Assembly: GCA_002269645.1 (NCBI GenBank) | Contig: NIVC01004300.1 | Coordinates: forward strand, 1 to 51,286 | Length of the DNA stretch: 51,286 nucleotides | Reading direction: 5' to 3' | Origin: Macrostomum lignano | Lineage: Eukaryota | Shown here: positions 14,060 through 31,513 of the stretch, piece by piece | How positions within the stretch are numbered: position 1 is the stretch's first letter | Layout: each line of letters begins with the position of its first letter | Translations under genes and position numbers: made by a program | The notes under the pieces: generated by a model | Seen by the model: only the letters and a program-made list of their open reading frames with translations | Told to the model about the DNA's origin: nothing | Databases searched by the model: none

Positions 14060-14180
14060 GAAGTTGACTCTGTGACTCAAAAACGACTAGATGTCGCGGT
14101 ACAAGTCGCTAAAAAAATTGTCAAAGAGTCGTATCTGAGGCATGTTGGAGTCGCTGTAGAATCACTGAGTTGCATCTAAA
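14060..14180. repeat. Dispersed repeat fragment; second copy at ~16950-17160
   Basis: Shared blocks such as GAGTCGTAT(C/T)TGAGGC..GTCGCTGTAGA(A/G)TCACTGA and AACGAC.AGATGTCG...AAGTCGC in the same orientation. Confidence 0.6.
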
Positions 14181-14469
14181 GTGCATTTATAGCAACTCTA
14201 TTTAGACTACTTGAGTTAGTAGAGAGTTCAGCGCTAGAACAGCTCTTGGACGACTTTTTTACGATCCTGAAACTCACGACTCAACAGTCGCCTGTCCGTC
14301 AAGAGAGTCGCTCCAAAGTCATCAATACCATTTTCAACGGGCTTAGCAGCGCTACTGATAAATTTAAGTTAGCATTGAACTCAGCATTGAACAGGAAGCG
14401 GGCACGCACAAAGTCAATAATGGCACACTAGTTGAGGAGGGTGAGGGTTGCCTGGCCGGGGATTCGAAC

Positions 14470-19818
<5,349 letters not shown>

Positions 19819-21183
19819 ATTTAACTTTACTTAATTAGGCAGTCAAAGAAAGAAGTGGGGAATATATCATTTTAAAATGTATAATATTGGTTTTCAGCTT
19901 TATATTATGAAAGCAAGACCTCTAAAGTCCTCACAGTAAAGTTCAAAATGTACTAGTAATAAACCATATATCTAAGAAAAAATGAACCTTTTCGGGCTTT
20001 GAAATCGCAATGACAACCCTGAACCTAAAAGAACAAATGTTAACTATTTGCAGCGCAGTTTAAGGCTACATAAGTAATTTTGTTTAACAATTTGAATTTA
20101 ATATGTTTATTAATTATATCAATCTTCCGTAAGCGAAATAATTCTTACATTGAGAACTCTATTTAGCCCATCAGGTTATTGACAAACTTATAAAGCTTTT
20201 ATGCTGTAAATATTCTTGTTATGTGTTCTTTAAGGCTGTAGAGTTTCGTTAACCTCTATATTTGCGATAGTTATTTAGTTTAAAGTTGTTTAGTTACTTA
20301 TGCGCCACCCGGTGTATTTTATAATTATCATCGCTCGTGTACATGCATGTTGACGTCGCATGGCAAAAATAGGTACCTCACATTAGACCGACGTTTGGTC
20401 GACGAATAGCGCCATAGACCCTTTTTCGAAGTGGTCAGGACTTCTATATTGCTAGAAGATATAACTTCTTGCGTCGTTGCGTCCGGGTACTCGGTTGGGT
20501 ATGGGCTGCATGCATGGTACAGCAGGTATTACATTCAGAATATCATATCTGCATTTATCATTTTCATGGTTCATTCTTAACTTTCCAAATTTTATTATCT
20601 AAAAATGCTGGTGACAAGCAAATCAGACAAAATTGTCTGGCAATTTAAAACTACTGTAGTTTTCAGTCTAGTTGAAGAATTTTCACTAGACGATTACTGC
20701 AGAGTATAAATTCAAACCGATTCAAGACTTGATGGCAACCACGCAGTGATATTGAACAATTGGTCAAGTTCACCTCTTCAGATTTTGTCCCCCATTCTAG
20801 CACATAGCCGTGGTTTGATTTGCCCTGTCAATACTATACATTTGCTCTTACATCGGTTAGTTTTAAGCGACGACAACTTCCTCAGTTTTAAAATATATAT
20901 ATACCACACCCTGTTATAAATTTCCAGTTTTAATACACCGTAGGTATACGGAGAAAAATGCTGCGAATAACTTAATTTAATTTTTACACGTCACTCATCA
21001 CTTTTTAAACAATGGAAAAACTTCTGCATGCTCTCGTGGCAGCTAGCTGGTGTGGTATTTAATTATTGAAAATCAGATATAATTATCAAATACAAGTGCA
21101 CATGCAAGAAGAAGCCGATACAAGCATGATATAATTTTCTGAGAAAAGTTTAGTAATTTTGGCAGTTTGAGTTGACTATCGAT

Positions 21184-22414
<1,231 letters not shown>

Positions 22415-22556
22415 TTACAATTCTGCAGTACTTTTCGCTTAACGAATGAGAAAAAATACACAATGACAAGTTTTTTATTGCTAAAGAAGGCAGTTAATAT
22501 ACTTGCTTGTGCTGGCTTGGGGATGGGAACTTGCAGACTTCATAGTTTCAGCATCA

Positions 22557-22676
22557 CCAATTATGGCAATCGATGCCACGCCTAAATCGCTCGCTTCCAT
22601 TTCCATATATGGTCATTTCTCACTTGGCCTAGGGCAGAGTTAAAGGATTGAGCGCGCGCTGGATATCCATATATGG
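22557..22676 (-). promoter_or_regulatory. Three CArG boxes (SRF sites) upstream of actin
   Basis: CCAATTATGG 22557-22566, CCATATATGG 22603-22612 and CCATATATGG 22667-22676, all CC(A/T)6GG. TATA-like TATATTAA on the minus strand near 22500. Confidence 0.85.
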
Positions 22677-24419
22677 AAATGGCTGTGCGGCCGATTCTCG
22701 TCTCATCTGAATGCGCAAAAATAACTGAGGCAAAAACGTCTGTGGGCCGTGGGAATCTCCAAAATTGAGGCCTACACATGTAGCTCTCGCGCGGCAGGGC
22801 AACTACATGTAGCCGCTTTCTGCATGTTTGTTTGGCCAACAAAGCGCAGCTAAGGGTGCTTCAAATTTATGCACTCTCCGGATAAGCTCATTTAAATATA
22901 ATCATATACTCATATTAATCATTTATACTTATATGCTTATATACTCATATAATCATAAACTCATATTCATACGAGCTATACTCATATCCTTTTATCCTCA
23001 TGACGTAACCCGGGTTGCATGAAAAGACTTGTGCAATCCCTGGCTGGGCTCTGGCGCTGAAAAGTACAGCCACCCAGGCCGATCGTCCGCTTGACTTTTT
23101 CCGCCTCTCGATGGTGCGGCAGCTGACGTTGCGACCAAGATACCATTATCTAGACAGCGGGCCCAGGTTGTTGAAGGTACACGTCAAAGACGTGGCCGCC
23201 GCCAGTCACCTGCGCAGGAATGCACCCGGTAAAAACTCCCAATAACGAGACGGGACTCCCGGTCTGTAGCAGACGAAGGTTCTTGGCCCCAACTGTACTA
23301 GAGATAGGTTGGCCGATTAAGGGAATCTATATGATCCCTCCCAAGCCCCAGGATCCCAAGAGTGGATAATCGATAACGCCATTCTCTAATTTCTTTCTTC
23401 CTAGATGGGTTCGATGCAGCAGGGGATGGGGAAGTTCAGGTCCCAGAGCACATTTTACAGGGACTTACTTAGAAATACCCTAAGCAGGGCTGCTTGGCGC
23501 CGTGGTCATCGGGTGGTCACGGTGGCGGCTGCAGTCACGGATGATCCTGGTGGCTCAACGTGGTGACCAGAAGTCCCGGATTGGGGTTTGGGCGTTAGGG
23601 GAGGTCGCATCGGGGAAGGTGAGGACAGTTAACGGATGTCTATGGAGAAGATCCTGAGTATCGGGGAGCAATTACAGTGTTTCGGGGAGATTAACTTGGT
23701 CCTAGGGGGAGATTAACTTGAAGAACTTCGGAGGGGTCCCCGGGACCGTTGGTCTCGCTCAGGGCTCAAAACGGGCTCCTATTTATAGCCCTTAACCTTT
23801 TGACCTCCAACAACAACAAGCAACCCTGATGACGTGGCGCAGCGGAGAAAATGATTTATGATGGGGGATTATGCAACAGGCAGGAAAAATCTTGGGGGAT
23901 AGGGGTCATAAAACTGTCACACGCATGAATGATTTCGAACAATAGAGCGGAAGTGGAGTTGGTGCGCAGGGGAGTCCATAGGGCTTTTGAATTAACCTGT
24001 GCTTCTTAACTGTCACAAATAGACAGTAGACAAATAAATTATAATTAATTAGGTATTCAAATGACATAAACTAATTAAAGTTACCACTAGAATACTTTAA
24101 ATTAGTCCTGATTACCAATTTAGGACAGTTAAAATTGTTTTACTGAACACAATGCGTCTCGGGGTACTCGAACGCACCCTTCAAATACGAGTACAATTTA
24201 CAATGTAAAACATGTTCTTGATACTTTACTTCCAGTAAAAATACTAGAATAATACGCGCATAAAATACTGTATCAAAGCGTTTTTATCAGCCAAAACTTT
24301 TCTACCTTAATTTCTCTGAGAAATTCAAACCTTAAATACGTCGAGCCATCTTCTAAGCAGGGTTGCGACAAGCTTTGGTTATCCACTCACTCGCAAGCAG
24401 CTCTTTGAAGACGGCTTCC

Positions 24420-25075
24420 TGCAGCTGTCAGAGGGACCTCTTTAGTCTGTGCCTCTGTAGCTGGGACCCCCTCTGTAGCTGGCGCTCCCTCTGTGGCTGG
24501 CGCCTCCTCTGTAGCTGGCTCCCCTCTGTAGCTGGCATCCCTCTGTAGCTGGCGCTCCCTCTGTAGCTGGAACCCCTCTGTAGCTGGCGCTCCCTCTGTA
24601 GCTGGCGCCCTTCTGTAGCTGGCTCCCCTCTGTAGCTGGCGCCTCTCTGTAGCTGGCGCCCCTCTGTAGCTGGCACCCCTCTGTAGCTGGCGCCCCTCTG
24701 TAGCTGGCGCTCCCTCTGTAGCTGGCGCCCCTCTGTAGCTGGGACCCCCTCTGTAGCTGGCGCCTCTCTGTAGCTGGCACCCCTCTGTAGCTGGCGCCTC
24801 TCTGTAGCTGGCGCCTCTCTGTAGCTGGCGCCCCTCTGTAGCTGGCGCCTCTCTGTAGCTGGCGCCTCCTCTGTAGCTGGCGCCCCTCTGTAGCTGGCGC
24901 CTCTCTGTAGCTGGCTCCCCTCTGTAGCTGGCGCCCCTCTGTTAGTGGCGCCTCCTCTGTTAGTGGCGCCTCCTCTGTTAGTGGCGCCTCCTCTGTTAGT
25001 GGCGCCTCCTCTGTTAGTGGCGCCTCCTCTGTTAGTGGCGCCTCCTCTGTTAGTGGCGCCTCCTCTGTTAGCACC
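24420..25075. repeat. 16-18-bp GC-rich minisatellite (CTCTGTAGCTGGCGCC(C)) with a CTCTGTTAGTGGCGCCTC sub-array
   Basis: Direct reading. Confidence 0.96.
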
Positions 25076-26415
25076 CCTTAGAAGATATTTGGGACTGGCG
25101 GGAAGGTCCTTATCCTTGAAAAATTCTTGAAAAATCAACCAACGTCTTTTGGTCCTCCCATTATTGGTCCCATGGGCTCTGATCCCAACCCCATTACTTA
25201 TTAAACATTAATTTTTTAGCAATAATATGGCCCACTATCATATCTCTGTCGGTTAATCACCTTTCTTCGGATCAGATACCTTTCGAAAGCAAGATTTTCT
25301 GCTTGAGATGAAACCTAATTCTCAAGTCTTGCATGTTTTTTATGAATAATAATCCTGGATAATGACTTTGAGGCTATTAAAAGTATGCTGCATTAAGCTT
25401 AGGTAGGGATTCCATGACTCCCCTCTGATTGAGTCAAAGTCAACATACAGGTCTAGCAGACTCTGTGAACCCTTTATCACAAGAGTCACACTATCAGTTT
25501 ACTGTTTCACTCTGCTACAGCCTACAGCAGGCGGCCGCTCTGCAATTTGGCGGCTGACCCGGCCTATTGCCAGAGCCTGTATCAGCTGTAATAGTGAAAA
25601 CCAGATAGCACCAGCTAAAGCTCTCAGTGCAGGCACTTTGTACTTTCCAATATAATTGCTTTGTGTAATGCGGCGGGCCTATACAGCCAACGGGCTGCAA
25701 CTCTCTCCCCTTTGCCAGCAGTCCAGCTCTCGAGCCCTTTCTAGTCAGAAACGCTACGGGACAGACAGGCCGAAGGAGAGGCCCGGCTGGTCCCCTGACA
25801 ACCTCCCCTCCGAATTGCCCCTGGAGAATTGCATACGTGGGGGCTGGAGACAGATATAGGGACAGTTGCAATTGTGGCGTACAGTCCAAATGAGACACAC
25901 AACCCGAACTGCTTGGTCGTTGCTAATGTGTAATCTCTCTCTCTGTGTCCAGCTGCGTGCAGTGGTTGCTTTCACCAGAAGCGACCACTTTTTTGCCCAG
26001 GGTGGAATGCGTCACAAAGCCGCATATAGTATCAGGTCTTTCTCTCTTTCCCCTCCTCCACTCCCCCCTGTTCCCGCCCGACCTGGGCGCCCATTGGTTC
26101 AGTAGAGTAGAATTTCCCTATAAAAATTCTCTGAAGCTTCCAGGCCTCACTGCCTCTCTCTGTGGAAAAGTCGCGCGATACGGTAGTACAACAATCCTTA
26201 CTCTGCAGCGCAGTCGCGTGAGCAACTTCCAAACCCTTCTCAATCAGTACAGACTTTGCAGTCAGCATAAAGGATAAGGGAAAATACCGGTGTGAGCGAA
26301 TTAATCTCCAGGTTGGCCAATGGACACACGGCGGACATGACACCTTTGATACTGAATACTCAGCCTGTGCTTGTTGGTAACCGTGTGGTGCTCAGAACAA
26401 CAGCAATGCTTTCAG

Positions 26416-27114
26416 CAGCTGCTAGCACCGCAGCTTCATCTGGCCATGCTGCTGCTCCAGCTGCCTACAAGCCGTCTCAGTCGCCAGTAAGTGCTGCTCA
26501 TATTGCTACTGTTCGGTAAACCTCTCTTGCCCTCGTTATAAAAAGTAAAGGTATTCCCGCAGCTGCCAGAACAGATGCCAAATGCTACTCAGCAGGCGGC
26601 TCCGACAACTCAAAACCTCCGGGACCAACGCCTTGACTACGTCAACCTGCGGCCGCAGCGCAGCGCAGTCCCGCAACATCATCGGGAGTACGCTAACTTG
26701 AGAGACGCCGACGCCGAGCACACGCTGTCAACGTCGTCGCTGTGCCCTCAGCCTGGCGCCGAGCTGAGCAACCCGCGGCTCAACTACATGGAGCTGGACT
26801 TCTCCTCGGGTCGAGGCCAGTCCTGCCGGCTGCAGCGAGAGCAACAGTTGATCTACGTTGAGCTCGACTTTCGCGCCATGGCCGCCCTGGCGGCAACGGT
26901 GCAGGCGGAACGCGAGCTTCCAGCCTTCGCCGCTGGCGCAGCTAGTCGTCGATGCCTCGATCGGTCGTCGAACAGCAACAGCAGCCCAGCATCGCCCGCA
27001 GCGAAGGCTTCGTCACTGAGCCGGCTGCGCACCTCCTTCGCCAAGTCGCTGTCTCGGTTCAGCCTGCGGCGTCGAGGGCGACACGAGGCGCCCGCTGCGA
27101 GCCAGGAGTTTTGA
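26416..27114 (+). CDS. 3' exons of a phosphotyrosine-motif adaptor or receptor tail (Gab/DOS/FRS2-like); exons ~26416-26486 and 26563-27114; 5' part not identified
   Basis: LDYVNL and EYANL (YxN, Grb2-type) plus the tandem LNYMELDFSSGR...LIYVELDFRAMAAL, resembling the SHP2-binding bis-tyrosine tail of Gab proteins. Acceptor ttcccgcag|CTG is in frame. Confidence 0.6.
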
Positions 27115-29109
27115 GGCGCTTGTGTACAACTTCAATTCGCGTCGTTCCCAGGCTCCGCTTAAACTCAAGGGAAACATTGGGATCGAGAAAGAGCTCGTAA
27201 AGTCTGGCTTTAATTTTGAGTTTGGAGCATCAGTTCGGCATTCGTCAGCATCTCTTTTCCGAACAGCTTTAGCCGCAACAAAACTCATGGTAGCTCTGGT
27301 TTCCATTCCTCGAATTATAATCTGCATCCTGTCTGCAGTTTCATGTTCGTCTCTCGTCTACAGAATACTTGGGCTTTTGTCATTGTGTTGGTTCGCTTTT
27401 GCACTCGACTTTCCGTGTACCTTAGAGCTGTACATTGTATTCTTTTTATATTATTATGCTTGTTTGTACATCATCATAGATCAGCTATTTAAACTAGCAT
27501 TCGCCAATGTAGGTCTGCTTGTTCTACCTCTGTTAATGCGCAGTCTCTCGAAATCTGGTCAATTTCAACTTTTATTTTTAGATTTCCAGTCGAATGAAAA
27601 CACAACAGAGGCCACTTTGGGTCTCCCAAAAATAAAATGCACCCTTATAGCTCCAGATTTCCAGCAAAGCTACAGAAATAATCCGCAGGTCTGCGTGATC
27701 GGAACGGTCTGGCTTATAGATAACCGGCGGAATTGGTGTTTGCTCAGCCAGGTTGGCAACAGACGGGGAGCAGTGCAAACAGACCTCATGGTCTTTCACC
27801 CTGCTCGGTCAACACAGCAGGGGGGGGGGTGAGATCGAATATCAGAGGGAGATTTCAGAAGTGCCCTCTGATCCTCAGATAGTGGCGCAGTTTCCTGCGG
27901 GACCGCGAGATGGGGTCAAATGGTCGCGAATTACCTGTCTGCTTTTATCAGAAGGCCGGTCTTTCCTGGCTTCACATTGGCATGGGGTTCTTTCAAGGCC
28001 TTTCCTACCTTCCCAATCTCCGTGTCTGTTGTCTCAACATTGTTTTGCGGTAGAGTCCGTTTATAGAACTAGCTTTTTTCTGTTAACAAGGAAGTAAAGT
28101 TATGGCGATGCGTTGCTCAGGAAGCTGAGTTGTTTGCTACACTATTCGCTTTAAGAATCACTGTTTATGAGCAGTCATACTTTGCAGTCCATTTTACGTG
28201 AAAATGCTTTTTGTTAGTGAGAATAGCCTATAAGTAGCACCATTGCCTCTCGGACTCAGTCACTCACATCCGGTGTTGTACCTTTTTGCTGTTTTCGCAA
28301 TTAAACTAATTGGAAAATCAAGCCCGCGCTTGGGAACAATGGGTAAAGCTATTTTTAAATGCTTAAAATGGAAAAAAGCGATCCTTAAATTTATCAGAAA
28401 GCTTTCGTCATTTTTATTGGCAATTCATTTACACTCAAGTGCAGCTTCAGAATGCTAAAATACAATTCTGTTCTACTCTCTTCTATATTCTATTTCATTC
28501 TATTTCATTCCTAAAATAGAATGGAAGGCGTTGCTCATTCGCATACTATATCAATATTACACAATTTCCAGAGCTAGGTAAAAACCCCAAGGTATTTGAG
28601 GAACTTTCGAAGAACCTTAAAAACCAAATGAAGATTCTTCAGAACCAGAAATTAAACGTCATTTAAAAATTTGAAAACGGAATTGCAAAATATATTTTTA
28701 CGTACGGATAAAATAGCTTCGCTGAAGTTTTCTGGCGATCAAAATTATGGTCCTAATAGTCATAATTTAAGTGCAGAGACTCAAACTCAGAAATTTTTGA
28801 GTGCAGACACGCGCCAACAGCTAGTAGACCCGCAGTATTCAAGTCATAAAAATTTGCCGCAATAAAGACAAAGTTTTACAACCGCCATCGATTTTGGTGC
28901 TTATGCACCAATAAACAATGGATTGGCGACGCGACTTTGCTAATTGGTTTAACAAAAAGCCAATGCATTTTTCAAGGACCATTGGTGTCTGTAGTAGAAG
29001 GACCGGGGGCACCTTGTTTCTATGAATTTTCGAGGGCTCACAGTTACCGCGGTCTCACACCCCCAGTCGGCTGAATATTGGAGCTTTGGTGCTCACTCGA
29101 ATGAGCACC

Positions 29110-30082
29110 CCGGTGCTGGCGCCCCCTGGTGCTGGCGCCCCCTGGTGCTGGCGCCCCCTGGTGCTGGCGCCCCCTGGTGCTGGCGCCCCCTGGTGCTGGC
29201 GCCCCCTGGTGCTGGCGCCCCCTGGTGCTGGCGCCCCCTGGTGCTGGCGCCCCCTGGTGCTGGCGCCCCCTGGTGCTGGCGCCCCCTGGTGCTGGCGCCC
29301 CCTGGTGCTGGCGCCCCCTGGTGCTGGCGCCCCCTGGTGCTGGCGCCCCCTGGTGCTGGCGCCCCCTGGTGCTGGCGCCCCTGGTGCTGGCGCCCCCTGG
29401 TGCTGGCGCCCCTGGTGCTGGCGCCCCCTGGTGCTGGCGCCCCCTGGTGCTGGCGCCCCCTGGTGCTGGCGCCCCCTGGTGCTGGCGCCCCCTGGTGCTG
29501 GCGCCCCTGGTGCTGGCGCCCCCTGGTGCTGGCGCCCCCTGGTGCTGGCGCCCCCTGGTGCTGGCGCCCCCTGGTGCTGGCGCCCCTGGTGCTGGCGCCC
29601 CCTGGTGCTGGCGCCCCCTGGTGCTGGCGCCCCCTGGTGCTGGCGCCCCTGGTGTTGGCGCCCCCTGGTGCTGGCGCCCCCTGGTGCTGGCGCCCCCTGG
29701 TGCTGGCGCCCCCTGGTGCTGGCGCCCCCTGGTGCTGGCGCCCCTGGTGTTGGCGCCCCCTGGTGCTGGCGCCCCCTGGTGCTGGCGCCCCCTGGTGCTG
29801 GCGCCCCCTGGTGCTGGCGCCCCCTGGTGCTGGCGCCCCCTGGTGCTGGCGCCCCCTGGTGCTGGCGCCCCCTGGTGCTGGCGCCCCTGGTGTTGGCGCC
29901 CCCTGGTGCTGGCGCCCCCTGGTGCTGGCGCCCCCTGGTGCTGGCGCCCCCTGGTGCTGGCGCCCCCTGGTGCTGGCGCCCCTGGTGCTGGCGCCCCCTG
30001 GTGCTGGCGCCCCCTGGTGCTGGCGCCCCCTGGTGCTGGCGCCCCCTGGTGCTGGCGCCCCCTGGTGCTGGCGCCCCCTGGT
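29110..30082. repeat. 16-bp (some 15-bp) highly homogeneous satellite GGTGCTGGCGCCCCCT, about 61 copies
   Basis: Direct reading; stop-free in all frames, which explains six overlapping ORFs. Confidence 0.99.
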
Positions 30083-31513
30083 GCATACAAACTACATGAA
30101 CTTTTATGTATTTATAATATAACTAATATAGACGACTTTTAGAAGGAACAAAGCCAATATAAATTTTATACCGGTATACATTAAATAAATTATTGAAAGC
30201 ACACACAAGGCCGCTTGAGAGCAATGGTTACAAGAGGCGAAAGTCGGAATAGAGGAAAAAGAAAATCAGGACACATTAATTCGCGAAAGATCCCGCATTG
30301 CGGGAAGTATATTTTCAGATATTTAAACAAAGTTTCGGGGGTTAAACGGTATACGTAAGCGTATTATAGCAATGTCTGCGCTAAAATAAATAAGAATTAT
30401 TATTAAAAAGTGATTAAACAAAAGAGCACAACCTGCCACTTGACTGTTTTAATAACTGTGACCAGACAATCAAATAAAAATGTTATACAATTTTTACAGC
30501 TACAGCTGCTAACATGAGCAGTCAATGTGTCAACACATTTAAATGTGTCAGATATTTAAATATTTATAGACTTGAGAAAGAATTGAACAAAAGAATGGCA
30601 CAGCGAATAAAGAGCGTCCTCAATCACAACAAAAACGCGCACATCGATGTAAAAAACTCAAGCATTGCGTTATCGTATTCATTTAATTATAAAAAAGTAA
30701 TTTGAAACTATCAGAGGAATATAGCAGAAGCTGAGTGCAGCTTTGCATGCAGCGGGCAAGCCTGTCCCTACCGCTAATATCTTGGGCAAGAGAATAAGCT
30801 GTACATTTTAAACAAATTTTGCGCTTTAAGTTAGCTAAGAATTCGACTTATCATTGAAAAAATTGCATACAATTATATATTTATCTTATCGCGTTTCAGC
30901 ACCGATAGGAAATTCAAATTGGTAATATTTCGTAAAAAGTTATAGAAAATTACGGATTTGTAGTACTTTAAACACATTTTATTGTATTTAATTTTTTTAA
31001 AGTCCTCTGAATACGAGTTAAATAAAATTACCAAAAAAGAATTCAGTGGAAAATTCTAATAATTGGTAAACCAAAATTATAATTTCCCGTTGCATATTAT
31101 ATTGTTTATTTAATAAAACAATTTGCGACGTTTTCTTTGATTCGATCATGCAACGCTGTTGACTGAGTCATGAACTCTTCTAAATTCCTCACTTTAACTG
31201 TGTTTGTGAAAACTCCTTTTTTATTGCACTATTGATACACTTATTGCAGGCTTTTTATTTTCTATTTTAATAAAAGTCTAAAGTAGACTTTTATTTGCTT
31301 TTTTATATTATGGCTTAGCTTAAATCACATTTATTATTTTTTTTAGATCTTGACTCCATATTTATTATAAAATAAGATTTTGCTTTTTTCTAATGATACT
31401 GATGGAATACTTCTTTTAAGAGTATTATTGCAAGCAATAAGGTGCTTTCTTTGGGCCACACAGAAATTCTGGCAAAGCTTGACCTGACCGAAGCGCGCCG
31501 CAGCCTCCGTCGA

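Noticed and set aside
20385-20415. Possible S6K first exon MALFVDQTSV
   Set aside because: In-frame stop precedes the donor and it is not a TOS motif; at most a uORF.
23040-23900. Possible solo LTR or promoter (TATAAATAG on the minus strand near 23785)
   Set aside because: No second LTR, PBS/PPT, TG...CA ends or coding remnant could be identified.
27122-27832. 236-aa ORF
   Set aside because: AT-rich, no motifs, codon style unlike the host exons; likely 3' UTR or intergenic.
29022-30142. Six overlapping 330-370 aa ORFs, and TGGCGCCC resembling a tRNA-Lys primer-binding site
   Set aside because: The 16-bp satellite lacks stops in all frames. The PBS match is only 8 nt with no adjacent LTR.
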